Positions 22,601-35,187 of a DNA stretch of 64,000 nucleotides are shown one piece after another (within the stretch, counting starts at the first letter, position 1; each line of letters begins with the position of its first letter). Location: the NCBI GenBank assembly GCA_001179505.1, contig CDMY01000364.1:1-64000 (forward strand). Reading direction: 5' to 3'. The stretch comes from Vitrella brassicaformis CCMP3155 (taxonomy: Eukaryota; Protista; Chromerida). A program made the position numbers and the translations under genes. Under the pieces are notes generated by a model. It did not search any database, was not told the origin of the DNA, and worked only from the letters and a program-made list of their open reading frames with translations.

Positions 22601-24406
22601 AAGCGTAGGCTGAGTAGAGAGAGAGAGAAGCAAAGACCAGACCAGACACCGTTGATTGAGAAGACCGAGATGCGGTCGTGTCGTGTGTATTGATTTCAGC
22701 GGCTCACTCGGTAGTCCTCCAGAGTGTTGAGCAGCCTCTTGGCCTGGATGGATGTCGCCCCGAGGCCCGTCTTGGCGAGCTCCGTGATCGGCTCCATGCA
22801 CAGCGACTGCACACACGGGGCAAGACCAACAGAGAGACTCTCAACTCATGGGTGATCGATTGGATGAGAGACTCCTGTGCTGACTGACCTCCTGCAGCTC
22901 CCCCTTGACTCTCTCATCAAGCGGCGTGTCCTCACTGAATGGACGGACGCATTTTAGGTGTGCAGTGTGTTGTGTTATTTGTCTGGTGTGTTTGTATGGT
23001 GTGTCGGTCGTGTCGGTCACATACCCACCTGATCTGCACGAGGAGCGTGTTGAAGCTGTGCAGCATGAGGCGGCTCAGGTCCTGGACGCCCAGCGCACTG
23101 CATGTCACCCCCACACAGCCGTGCTTCACACCGTACCAACGCTGGCACACACACACAGAGAGAGAGAGAGGGTGCGTGAGGGTGTGGGTGGGTGAGTGGG
23201 CGCTGTACCTGTTGGTCCGTGCCGAAGTTGAGGATGCCAATGCACGACATGGCAGTGAAGGTGCGGAGGCTACTGCCGTCCCACTGGTGGCTCTTGATGC
23301 CCTGCATGGCCTGCGGGATCACGCCGGCCTCCACAAACTTGTCGATCCCCAGAGTGTACCCCTCGTCAGACAACCCTGTACCCGCACACACACAGACACA
23401 CAGATGTATGGACGAATATATGTGTGTGTGTGTGTGTTGGTTGATGTCTGTGTGCGTGCGTACGAGCTGCGAGGGGCAGCACGGCAATGACGGCGCTCTG
23501 ACGCAGCTCCGGATTGGGCGATGACAGCAGGGGGGCCAGCTTGGCGAGGGCGTGGCGGCTCTCCATCAGCCTCTGCGCCAGCGGCTCAACCACCTTCTCA
23601 AGGCCATACTTCGCTGCTCACACACACACAGAGACACCCTCTCGCCAGATCCCTCTTCGCGCCTCTCTGCCTGCGTGTGTCTGTGTGGGCTGTTGGCATA
23701 CAGTCAATGGCCATGGCCTTGAGCACTAAGGCAGCGTCCATCTGGATGTCCTCACTCTCGTGGCCCATCAGCTCGACCATCACGTCGAATGCCTCCACGC
23801 TGAGCATGATCCCGGCCTCCTCGTCGGCCACCTTATTCTGCTTGGTGTGCAGCACGATGGTCTGCAGCAGTGTGAGCAGCCTCCTGATGGCGCTGTCTGG
23901 CGCAGACACCAGCGCCCGATCCAGATGGCCCACAAGGGCAGGGACGGCACCACGCCTGAGTGGAGAGCACCAGACACACACACACACACACACAAGCAAT
24001 GGAGAGACCGCCCGCCAAGCCCTCAGGCTGTGGCGCGTACTTGATGAGCTGTGGGATGCCTCTTTTGGGGCTGTATCTGGCCATCATTTGCAGCACCGAG
24101 CATCCCTCAAACTGGGCCTCCTCGTTATCGAGCATGCCTGCCAGCCGCAGCAGGTCGGGGACCAGGTGGGCATACCGCGTAGAGACCGCGTGGGGGAACG
24201 TGTACGCCGACAATGTCCTCACCTGCATTGATTGCCATGCGCACACAACACAACACATCCCGACACACACACTCAGTCAGGTGCTCGTGCTTTCCCTTTT
24301 GCTTGTCCGTCCGTCTGAGTGCCCTCGCCTGTCTGGCGGCGTTGATTTGTGTTCTGATGCTCGAGAGCTCCGACAGCCTATCGGTGAACCGGTCGGGCCG
24401 CGCCAT
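19675..24406 (-). CDS. ARM-repeat (importin-alpha-like) protein with a predicted TM segment, low-complexity linker, coiled coil and C-terminal RING (may be two genes)
   Basis: Basic IBB-like start (ARQARALRRTDKQKGK); ARM-like exons (GAVPALVGHL, LMGHESEDIQMDAALVL, LLSSPNPELRQSAVIAVL); TM VCVVILLLALYAFVV; RING CVSCRK...FFPCNQRCLCESC...CPAC. In-frame splicing across 22710-22560 is plausible. Contains a gap at 20196-20495. Confidence 0.6.
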
Positions 24407-25240
24407 CGCTTACGAAAGGAAAATACAGAAACTCGAAGCCTTTTTCCCCCTCACACACTCCGATCTCGCAGGTTTGAGCTCGCCCTGGCGCGTGTATTCT
24501 TTTTCGACTGTCTGGCGGCGTCACGAGCCCCTTATGCAGCGACGGGAAAGGACCCTCCAGCAGATGCAACAAAAAGAGCGAAAATGCGGCAACGATCTGA
24601 GCGGTCCCATGCCACGGAGTGACCATCTATCTGTCCGTATCTATCATTGTCTTGCGCTCACACAGGCATGGCATGCCAGGAGGCAAAGAGGACAGAAGGG
24701 CGAGAGAAGTGTGTACAATAGACAGACACGCAGCCAGACGGACAAGAACGCCAGACAAGAGAGACGGCCCTATCGACCCGACCAACCAACAAACCAGCCA
24801 ACCACCACATACATGTATGCACACATGCGCTAACACTCAATCCATCCATCCATCGAATATGCACACCCAGAAGTGGTGTGTGTGGTTCAGGAAGTGCTAC
24901 AAACCCCTGGGGACGAGGCTGCTTGCCTTCTGCTGTGAGAAGTACGCAGCCGAACAGGCAAACACGAGCGACGAGTTCGTGCCTCGCTGCTCATCCTTTC
25001 CTTATCGCCCACGCAGGCCACACAAGCAGACGGCGCGCGGCTAGGAGTTTACTGTCGGAAAAGGAATAGAATAGGCGGGCTCATCAACTGCACACGTATT
25101 CACAAGACTGACTGTACAGTGAACGACGCAAATAGGGAGAAAAGGCAGAAGCAAGAAAAGGAGCCATCACCCCACCCACCGGTGCATGGCACCCCCGAAC
25201 ACGAGACGCCCCACGAGTATCTATGCGTCTGTGCTTCTAT

Positions 25241-26087
25241 CTACAGGATGGCCCGCAGCCGCACCTCCGCATAATACCTCCTGGGCGTCATGAGCCGCCT
25301 CGTCTCGCCCACACGCATCGACAGCAGCGCCTCAGGCAGCCACCCGTATCCCAGGTCGGCCACACGGCACACACGACCCAGGTAGTTGCCCGTCTTCTTG
25401 CTGCCGTCGAAGCCGTCCACCCACTCGATCCTATCGTACTTGACCGTCTGCTGGCGGGTCGGTTGCATGCCGGTGCCGTGCTGCACGATCTGGTAGCGCA
25501 CGCCCGAGGAGGGCAGCTTGGTGAAGCAGCCGTGGTCACTACTGGTGCCGCGAACCAGCGCCGCGCCTGACACGAACAGGGGAACATGCGATGGGATGCG
25601 TCTGTGCGTTCGGCGAGGATGGCTTGCCGACGGCCTCCCCGTGTACCTCTGAATGGCCCGCATGGCGTTGGCGTGGTGCCGCTGAACATCTCTGCACACA
25701 CATGAGGCGACGTGAACAACCCCTTGCTACTGCTAACAGAAGGTGCGGCACCTGCACGAAACACACCAACCAACCAACCGACCAACCAACCAACCAACCA
25801 ACACGATACCCATGACATCCTCCCTCCTCCCCAACCATCCATCCATCTCCCATATCTCTTACCGAACTCTCCTCCAGTAGTCGTCAGCTGCGCCCCACTG
25901 ATCTGGTGCTGGGCGGTATTGCCACCTACTGTGGGCTGGTGCACGCCATATGCAGGCTCGGATTGGCCGCGGAGCCAGCCCGTTTGCTGCTGCGGCGGCG
26001 GCGACGGCGGCGGCGCGATGCCATGCAAATGGGGAGAATGGTTGCCGATCCAGGCACTGTCAGACTGACGACGCACACTCACGCCAT
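25241..26087 (-). CDS. Single FKBP-like domain protein with a Pro/Gln-rich N-terminus
   Basis: Last exon PSSGVRYQIVQHGTGMQPTRQQTVKYD...EALLSMRVGETRRLM...YAEVRLRAIL*; upstream exons from ATG 26087. This FKBP exon is entered in phase 1. Confidence 0.6.
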
Positions 26088-26311
26088 TGCTGAAGCAGCA
26101 AACACAGGCCCAAACGAAGGAGGGCAAACACGATGACGCCGACTGACGATGGTTGTGCATCTGTTCTGCATGCTTACCTTTGCCCGACAGGTCGCAGTCG
26201 CAGTCGACCATCGGGCTTCGGCTGCATTTCACTCCCCTTCCCGTCGGCTCATGCTGCGAGCCTAAAAATGCTGCAAGCTCAACTTCCGCAAGGGAGAAGC
26301 GGCCGAAAGAG

Positions 26312-29188
26312 ATGCTCCGCCCACTGCGCCGCCTTGCCGATGTGGCAAGGAGGCCAGCAGCAGCAGCGGGTGCACAGCGTGCCAGCGTCCGGTGGATGTC
26401 CGATGAAGTGCCCGCAGAAGCCTGGCTGCAGCCAAAGACTCGTAGGATGGATGGACAGGCAGGGGAGAGGCAGACAGACAGATGAGTGGCAGATTTCTGT
26501 CGGCAGGGTGCCTGCCGACCTCTTGCACGTCGGTGTGTGTCTGTGAGTCTGTGTGTGTCCTGATCTGCCTGTTGCTGTGTGTCCTCGTGTGTGGTGTGTT
26601 GGTGTCATCAGAGGTGACAACTTTGCCGAACGGGCTGCGTGTGGCGACCCAGCAGACCTTCGACGAGACGGCCACCATCGGTAGGTGCAGATGTCAGCTT
26701 CGCATGACAGTCTGACTGTCTGTCTGTCTGTCGTCTATGTGCAGGTCTGTGGATCGACAGCGGGAGTCGGTATGAGACCAAGGAGACCAATGGGGCCGCT
26801 CACTTCCTCGAACACATGGCATTCAAGGTCAATCACACAACCACACACAACCAGACAGACAGACAGCCGAACAAACAATCACCTTATCTTTCTGTCTGTG
26901 TGTGTGTGTGCTTGTCTGTCTGTGTGTCTGTCTGGTGTCAGGGAACGAACAAGCGGAACCGTCTTCAGCTGGAGAAGGAGATTGAGGACATCGGCGGACA
27001 CCTCAATGCCTACACCTCCAGGGAACAGACTGTGTAAGTGTGTCAGTCGCCTGATGGATGGATCCATGCTGCGGGTCTTCACACGTACGTGTGTGTGTGT
27101 GTGCTTGACTGACTGGTCAGGTACTACGCCAAGGTGCACAAGCAGGACACCAAGCAGGCCCTCGACGTGCTCTCAGACATCATCCTTAACTCACAAATCA
27201 CACCTGGTCAGTCACCACACCACATACATACACACACGTCTGTCTGTCTGTCTGTGCGATGGATGAGGGAATGGCGCGTGATATGTGTGTGTGTGTGTGT
27301 GCGTGTGCGTGTGTGTGTGTGTGCAGGTGCGATCGAGGAGGAGCGCGCGGTGATTCTGCGCGAGATGGAGGAGGTCGAAAAGTCAATGGAAGAGGTCGTC
27401 TTCGACCGAATGCACCAATCGGTATGCTCACACACACGAGGACACATGCTTGTCCACACGCCACACCCCCTGCACCGCGGACATCCACCGTGTGTGTGTG
27501 TGCATCAGGCGTTTCGTGACTGTTCTTTGGGCTACACCATTTTGGGTCCGGTCGAGAACATCCAGAACATGCGCCGGGAGCACCTCCTCGACTACATCAA
27601 GAGGAACTACAAGGCGGACAGAATGGTATCAACAAAGGCGACGAGAGGAGAGAGAAACAAAGGAAGAGTCCATCGGTGCTGTAACCACGCTCAGGTGATC
27701 GCTGCTGCTGGTCCGGTGGACCACAAGGAGATCGTGCGGCAGGCCGAGCAGTTCTTCGGCAAGGTCAGCACACTTGCGCAACGCCCATCCACCGATCCAT
27801 CTCTGCCTGCCTGTGTGCCTGTCTGTGTGTGTGCAGGTTGCGACGACGCCCGACGATCTGGTGCAGCCCGTTGAGGAGAAGCCCTACTTCGTTGGCGCGC
27901 AGCTCCTCTACCGGTGAGTGAGTGACTGAGTGAGTGAGTGAGTGAGGAGAAGACGTATCTGTGGCCATCGGGGCTCTCTCTCTCTCTCTCTCTCTGCACG
28001 TGTGTCTGTGTGTCTGTGTGTGTGTGCAGTAACGACGAGATGGGTCCGACGGCCTACATCGCCGTTGCCTGGGAAGGGGTCCCATGGAAATCACCCGGTC
28101 AGCCATACGTTGATCCATCAACACGGCACGGAGAAAGACGCTTGTGCGTTGTGTGTGTGTCTATGTGTGTGTTGTGTGTGTGATTGATGCAGACGCGCCG
28201 GCGTTCATGGTGATGCAGTCCATCATCGGCAGCTACAGAAAGGAAGACCTCTCAAACATCGTTCCGGGTATGGAGAAACACACACGCAGACTTATGCGCT
28301 CGTGAGTACGACCCTGTGTGTGTGTGCAGGTCAGGTGTCGGGCAATATGACGATCCAGCGCATAGCGACCAAGCAGATGGTGGGCTGCGCCGACGCATTC
28401 AGCGCTTTCAACACGCACTACAAAGACACCGGTGGGTGAGCCTGCACATGCTTGACTCACACACACACACATACATGGTGGCATTTGTGTGTGTGTGTGT
28501 GTGTGTGCAGGTCTGTACGGCTGGTATGCGGAGTGTGACGAGGTCGCTGTGACGCACTGCACCCAGGACATGATGTTCGGCAACACATGCATGGCCTACA
28601 ACGTAACACACAGACGCACGCACAGAATGACGTACTCACGCAGATGCCCATGTGTGTGTGTGCAGATCACCGAGGAGGAAGTCAATCGCGCCAAACTGCA
28701 GCTGAAGGTCAGTCCTGCCTCAGACACACACACCAATGCGGCTGCGTGTACGTGTGTTCATCCATCCATCCATCAGACCCAGATGCTCGGCGCGCTGGAC
28801 TCGACCACATCGATCGCCGAAGAGATCGGCAGACAACTCCTGTAGGCCTTCGTAGCCCACACACACACGCCAGCAGACACACTCGTTTGTGTTTGTGTGT
28901 CGACTGATTACCCCTCAGTGTGTACGGCCGTCGTATGCCCGTGGCCGAGTTCATCAAGCGCATCGACGTCATCGACAGTGAGGAAATCAAAAGGGTCGCG
29001 TGGAAGTACCTCCACGACCGGGTAAGACGCTGTGACCGCACACACCCCCTCCCGCCCACACAAACCATCGCGACTCTGTGTGCGTGTGTGGTGCACTGCA
29101 GGAGATCAACATAGTGGGCATGGGTCCTCTGCACGGGATGGAGAGCTACCCCAAAGTCAGGAACCAGACCATGCTCTACAGATACTGA
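26312..29188 (+). CDS. PMPCB: Mitochondrial processing peptidase beta subunit (peptidase M16)
   Basis: Arg-rich presequence; [35 protein letters not shown] (HxxEH), [51 protein letters not shown]; stop at 29186-29188. Confidence 0.93.
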
Positions 29189-29721
29189 CTGAAGCGCCGA
29201 CGTGACGCATCGACGGACGACCCACTCCCTCGTCTCACATGGCGAGAATGAAGTTGTTCTCATGCTGGACGCAGTGCGATTTGTTCACTTTGCCATGCGC
29301 AGAGACAGGCAGAGAGACAGAGAGAGAGAGATGGCGTGCAGGGAGTGTTTTCCTGTCAGCAGTAAGTACACACGTCCTTGTGTCCGCTTGTGTCTGGTGA
29401 AGGTGTTGGCGTTGCAGGGTGGACAAGTGGGGTCGTGCATTGCATGATGAGTGAGTGGACTGACTGTTGTGGTACAGACAGACCACAGGCCTTTAAACCG
29501 TTGATCGACACTCTTGTTTCGTGCAACCCCAGCCGACCGACCGAAATGTCCACTCCATGCATTTCTCGCTTCAACAGAGCACTTTCCTGACGTGTCGAAA
29601 GACAGCCCTCAGCCGCCACCCACCTTTCCCTCCATCATGCGAGGGGGGGGATCCAGCTCATCTTGTGGTCTGATGGCGAGGAATGGGTGGACACGCACAC
29701 GAAGAGAGAGAAGGATAAACC

Positions 29722-30701
29722 TCAGACCTGAGCATTTATTGTGTGGTGTACTTTCGTGCCCCGGAAAGTAGACTCTGTAGTGGACAAGTGTGCGGGCCTT
29801 GCCAAAGTTCTCCGAATACTTGCCGGCGTCGTGGGTGTAGGTCGCTTGCAGTCCTGGCCGATCGAGGCAGGCTTCATCTCCTTTCCATCAAGTCGCTCGA
29901 TCTTCTGCACACACACACACACACACAGAGGGAGAGAGAGAGAGATGAATCGGTATCATGTGTGCCGTGACGTCTGTCTCGCCTGTTGACCGACCGCATC
30001 GCGAGCCATGCAGAACCGGCCATCAAGCTCCTCCAAGACATAAGCCGACCCCTTGGCGCACTTCGAGTCGGCAGAATCGTTGTCCACACAAGTGCCCTGC
30101 ACACCAGACACCCAATCCCTTCACGGCCCACACACGCATCGCCACACACCCGACCTTGCCGACGGAAGGATGAAACGACGCAGCGTCCTCCGGCCTGCCC
30201 CAGGGGAGGCTCCGTTTGTCGGCCCCCGCGTTGGTCACTAAATTGACGTGGTCGACCACACACGTCTCCGTGTTTTTGTAGCACCAGCCGGTGGCGCCAG
30301 ATTGGTACTGGTCGCCGACCATGCTGTATTCGTAGTCCTCATGGGATTCCAGCCCGTCTTTCTCCATGCGAGCACCTGACTCCCACGTAATGACGGCACC
30401 AAAGACCACGGCGCACCCGCCCCCAGGCTTGTTGTCGTCATGGGCAGAGGCGCTCCCTGTGTGTGCAGACACACGCCATGTGTGGTGTGTGTGATGCATG
30501 CAGTGCGTATACCTTCGCGAAGGCGCCACTTGTCCGCGGCATCGCCAACTGCAGGCATACACACACAGGGAGCATCATGTCATGGATGCATGGCTTCTGA
30601 CATCTACCGATGCATTTGTCCTCCAGTGTATCGCCACTTGCGTGCTGCATGGTGGCACAAAGGGCGAGGAGAAGCGCCAAAGCCATCTTGATACCGACCA
30701 T
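29722..30701 (-). CDS. Secreted cysteine-rich protein of unknown function
   Basis: Signal peptide MALALLLALCATMQHASG, then exons with spaced Cys (KCIGRCQKPC, GGCAVV, GWCYKNTETCVV, GTCVDNDSADSKCAKG, RFCMAR). No family recognised. Confidence 0.55.
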
Positions 30702-31059
30702 TAAAATTTTCCCCGAGTGCCGAGGAACCGTCGCGGCCAGGTGCAGATCTTGGCCAGATCAGCTCAGGATTCCTCGGAGAATCCGCCCCCTCAGGGCTAT
30801 CGTGTGCTGCGATGCCTTTACTTTCTCGAAGGAGCTGTCGTGTCTGTGAGGCGATCTTCTGATGACATGTCGTATCTTCTGCGTGTGAGTGTTGTCCAGC
30901 CACATGCGAATTTTGGGGCTGTGCACATGCGTGCATCCAATCATTACTCCACTAATCGAGCCTAGTATATGCAAGAATAGAGGCGAGTAGATTAGAGTAG
31001 AACACCCGACAGGCAGACACACGGCAATGCACTAGAAGACAGTGCTCACTGCTCACTGC

Positions 31060-32676
31060 TCACAGTATCTCCACCAGCCTGTACTCACCGAACAGGGCCT
31101 TCATTCTATCGTAGCTGAATCTGGCCGGGAGGATGACCCGCCGCACCTCACCCACACGCATGTCAGTGACGGTCTCAGGGAACCACTCAACCCCAACAGA
31201 TACAGGAAACACCTGCCCACGGAGATCGCATATCTCGTCTCGTCCGTCAAAGTCGTCACGCCACTCGATGTAGTCGACCTTGACCCGTTGGTCACGGGTC
31301 GGTTTGGGTCCACTGCCCGGCCGCACCACTCGAAACCGCACACCCGACGGCATCTGTGTGAACTCATCGCCACTGCAAGGGAAGACCAATACGACAGATG
31401 GTGGCACCAGCCCCTCCTCTTGCTGCTCTTGATATGTGTACCTGGTGTCTGAGATGACTTTGTCTGTCTTGACGCTGTACATGGCCGTGTTGACGTCGAA
31501 GGCCGCCTGCTCTGTCGAATTGGCCATCTTCAGCACCGCAGCCATGTCGGCGGCCGACGCACCGAGTCGCTTTCGGCGGTAGTGATCGACCATACGGCCG
31601 ATGTGGTCGGGCTGCACCACCTCAACAGGCCGCGGCCACCTAAGGACACACACACAGCCACTGGCAGTGTGCATCGCTGATACTGTGTGCTTCGATGGAT
31701 CGAAACTCACATATCGAATCTGTTTCGCAGCTCGTCGCCCATTTCGTCCAAAGTGGACTGAGTGGTGGATATGACCTGGCCGCACACGTCGACAGACCGG
31801 ATGGCATCGCCGCCACTCAGAGGCAGCAGGAAGGGACTCACCGCCTGTGTGAACCACACCATCGACGGACGCACAGCAGACAAACAGCCCCTTCCTCTCT
31901 CGGTGCCTCCCACCTGTATCTCTTTGTCGAGGTTGTCACGTCGTCCTTGTGCCGCCTGCAGCAGGCCCTCCAGCCGGGCCTTCTCCTTGGTGAATGACTT
32001 CATGATGGCTTCGAGCGTCTTGACGGCGTCGCCCATCGCGGCAGGGCTGTCAGTGGCGGACAGGCGCGGCTCAGTGACGCCACTGGGAGGGGCCGCTGAG
32101 GCCGCCTTGTCCAGTGGCGACAGCAGCAGCTCGGTCCAGAAGCCATGACGACCTACACCACGGTCAGCCAGAGACAGAGTGAGAGGACAGGATGAGTGCG
32201 CTGTCGCTTTCATGGCCCTTACCGGTGTAGTCCCGCTGGGATGCATCCTCGAGCAGCGTGACAGCCGACGCCGCCTTGCCCGCCTGGCGGAGGGTGGCGG
32301 CGTTGAGGATGGCCGTGTGGATGGTCTTGAAGGCCTCCGGGCAGATGTCGATGAACACCCGCTGTTTGTCGTCCCTGACCAGACGGCCATCCCAGCAGCC
32401 CGAGAAGAGCGCCGCCAGCAGAGTGCCCTCCACCCCCTCCCCCTGAGTCATGTGCTGCCGCTTCACTCGCCACTCGCTGCCGCCCACATTCAGCATCAGC
32501 ACGTCATCGGGCGATGCCGCTGAGGGGTCCGATGCGCCGTGCGTCTGCCTCTCTTGCTGGGCGTCCTCGTCAGCCTGGCGGATCTGGGCATGCAGCTGGC
32601 TGATGGCGTCGCTGATGGCCGTCAATGGCCCCTGCAGCTGAAGCTGCATCACAGGGACGCTGAAATCGGCATCCAT
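31060..32676 (-). CDS. Tandem BTB + FKBP-like domain (PKPTRDQ/TDMRVGEVRR subfamily)
   Basis: MDADFS...LMLNVGGSEWRVKRQHMT...FSGCWDGRL; second unit SVDVCGQVISTTQSTL...MVDHYRRKR; phase-2 intron to GDEFTQMPSGVRFRVVRPGSGPKPTRDQ...TDMRVGEVRRVILP. Confidence 0.82.
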
Positions 32677-32968
32677 CGTCACTGGCGTGCCTCTGCACCA
32701 CACAAGCATGACAGATCTGGATCGTTTTTGATTGCTATCTCTCCTGCCTCACCTGGGTGGTGCTCTCGACCCCCTGACGTGCAGCGATGCCTTCCGAATC
32801 GCTCACGACCGTGCGAGCTCAGCTTACAAGAAACCAAAGCTGAAGGAGGAGAGGAACAAATGAGGTAGGGGCAGAGCTGAGGAGTGACACAGAGGCTATG
32901 ATCAAGAAGATCATGAGTGCATCTGCCGATTGTCTGTTCTGTGTGTCAGCGTTCGTCGGTCTGCTGTC

Positions 32969-34551
32969 ATGGAGCCCTACACTCGCCACGAAGCCCTCTG
33001 CCGACTGGACAGGCAGATCATCCCCTTGATGGAGATCCTCGAGGCCGAGCGGGCTGACATCGTCTCCTCTTATGACATTGGCAAACTGCTGAGTGACCAC
33101 GGCGCCTTAGACCCATCGGCGGCCTCTGGCGACGACCTGCTTAAGCTCAATGTCGGCGGGAGCCACTCGTCTGTGCGCCGCAAGCACCTGACGAGCGTCG
33201 AGGGCACACTGCTGGCGGTGCTGCTCGGTGGCCGATGGGACGGCCGCCTTGTTCGTGATGCAGACAGCCGCATTTTCATCGACGTGTGTCCGGATGCCTT
33301 CGGAGCTGTGCGGGACACGCTGCTGGAGGGCGGCAAGGAGGCGGTGGACCAGCTGATGGACCAAATCAAAGAGCGAAACCGCTCAGGTGAGCCATTAGGA
33401 CAGACGCCATCTGCTCTCTTCATATATTCCTGTGTGGTGTGGGTGCAGGTCCGCACGACTTTTGGACAGCATTGCTGCTGTCGCCCATCGACAAGCCGTC
33501 CAGTGACGCACCGACTACCACACAGGCCGAGTGTGATGAGCCGACTGTGCCATCAGAGGGATTGCTGTCGGAGCTGTCAGGCTTCATGTCGGAGGTGGAG
33601 AGCTTCGTCAAGACATTCACTGCGAAGAAGAACGAGCTCGACAGCGAGCGGGCGGCCAAGAAGGCCGCATACGACCAGACGATGATGGAGATTACGGTGA
33701 GAGAAACAAAGCCAACCGAAGCACAAGGTTGTCAATCGGTGCATCTGTCCGTCTCTCTGTCTGTCTGTCTGCCCATCAGGCCGTCATGCCATTTCTGGCG
33801 CCTCTGAGTGGCGACGATCCCATTCGGTCTATCGACGTGTGCGGCACTCTCATCTCGACGGTGCAGTCCACTTCGGACGAAATGGGCGACATTGGGCTTC
33901 ACAACCGATTCGATATGTAAGCGGGTGCAGAGGACACAACAACACGGGCATATGGTATGTGTGATGTATTGTCGTCGATCAGGTGGCCGGCTCCCATTGA
34001 GGATGTGCCTGTCGACCACGTCCGCCGTCTGGTGGACTACTACCGCCGCAAACGCCACGCGGCCTCACTGCCTAACACACACCTGCTGGGCGGGGTGCGA
34101 GTGCCGCTGCTGACAGAGAGGGCGGCCCGGCAGGAGACCTTCAACAAGACGGCACAGATGTACGGCGTCGACACGCAAAGGTGAGATGCCTATGAGAAGA
34201 GTGATCGTCAAGTGATGATTGGCTCGCTCTTTTCCTCTCCTCAGCTCTCCGAATGGCCGGGGCGGCGGCGCTGTGTTCACTGAGATGCAATCGGGGGTTC
34301 GCTATCAGGTGGTGCGGCCGGGTAGTGGACCCAAACCGACACGTGACCAGCACGTCAAGATCGACGTCATCGAGTGGCGTGACGACTTCGAGGGACAAGT
34401 GGTGGTTCGTGTGTCTGATCAACCTGAGTGGACCCAGGAGGTCCTCACTGACATGCGTGTGGGTGAGGTGCGGCGGGTCACCCTGCCAGCCAGACTGAGT
34501 GACACTGGAAAGGAGGCTTACCTCGAGTATAGGCTGGTGGCCACCCTGTGA
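32969..34551 (+). CDS. Tandem BTB + FKBP-like domain (PKPTRDQ subfamily), head-to-head with the previous gene
   Basis: MEPYTRHEAL...LKLNVGGSHSSVRRKH...GGRWDGRL; SIDVCGTLISTVQST...LVDYYRRKRH; phase-2 intron to SPNGRGGG...SGVRYQVVRPGSGPKPTRDQ...YRLVATL*. Confidence 0.82.
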
Positions 34552-35187
34552 GCACTGTCTCCTGGTGTGTCTGCTGTGTGAGTTGGGTGTCATTACGGCA
34601 CAAATGCGTTATTGCATGGCCACCTGCTGCGGAACGTACGGTGGTTCCTGGTGTCATTCTCGTGAGGTGCAGGGGTGTCTGCTTTATTGCATGGACGCGT
34701 GCATCAGTGTGCTTGATGTGCCGGCAGTTATGGTAGAGTTTCTCATGGCCTTCTCTCAACGGTGTGTTCTGATACTCGATGCAATTTTCTGAGTGCATTG
34801 GGTCTCACGACGCTATAGGGACTCTGTGAGCCTGGTGTTTCTATTCTATCACAATCAACCGATCGGCGTCCGACCTGCCACCCAGCCACACTCCACTCTG
34901 AAGAACTGTCTGACATCCCTACACACACCGGTCCATCCATCGCCTACATCTGCACACAAGCATCCAGCAGATGCGCGCAGCATCGCGGAAGTGACAACTG
35001 CCAGTCAGTCAACGACATGCAGAGATCAACAGCTACCTGGAAGGCCAGAAAGAACGACCTACATCGATGGATACATTCACCCGACAGCACCATTCCCTTT
35101 GCCCGCCCTCGAGCTCCTCTGTTGCCAAATCGATCGATCGGTGAGTCAGTCAGGCACATTCACTGAGATCGATGCCCTCACTCTCAC

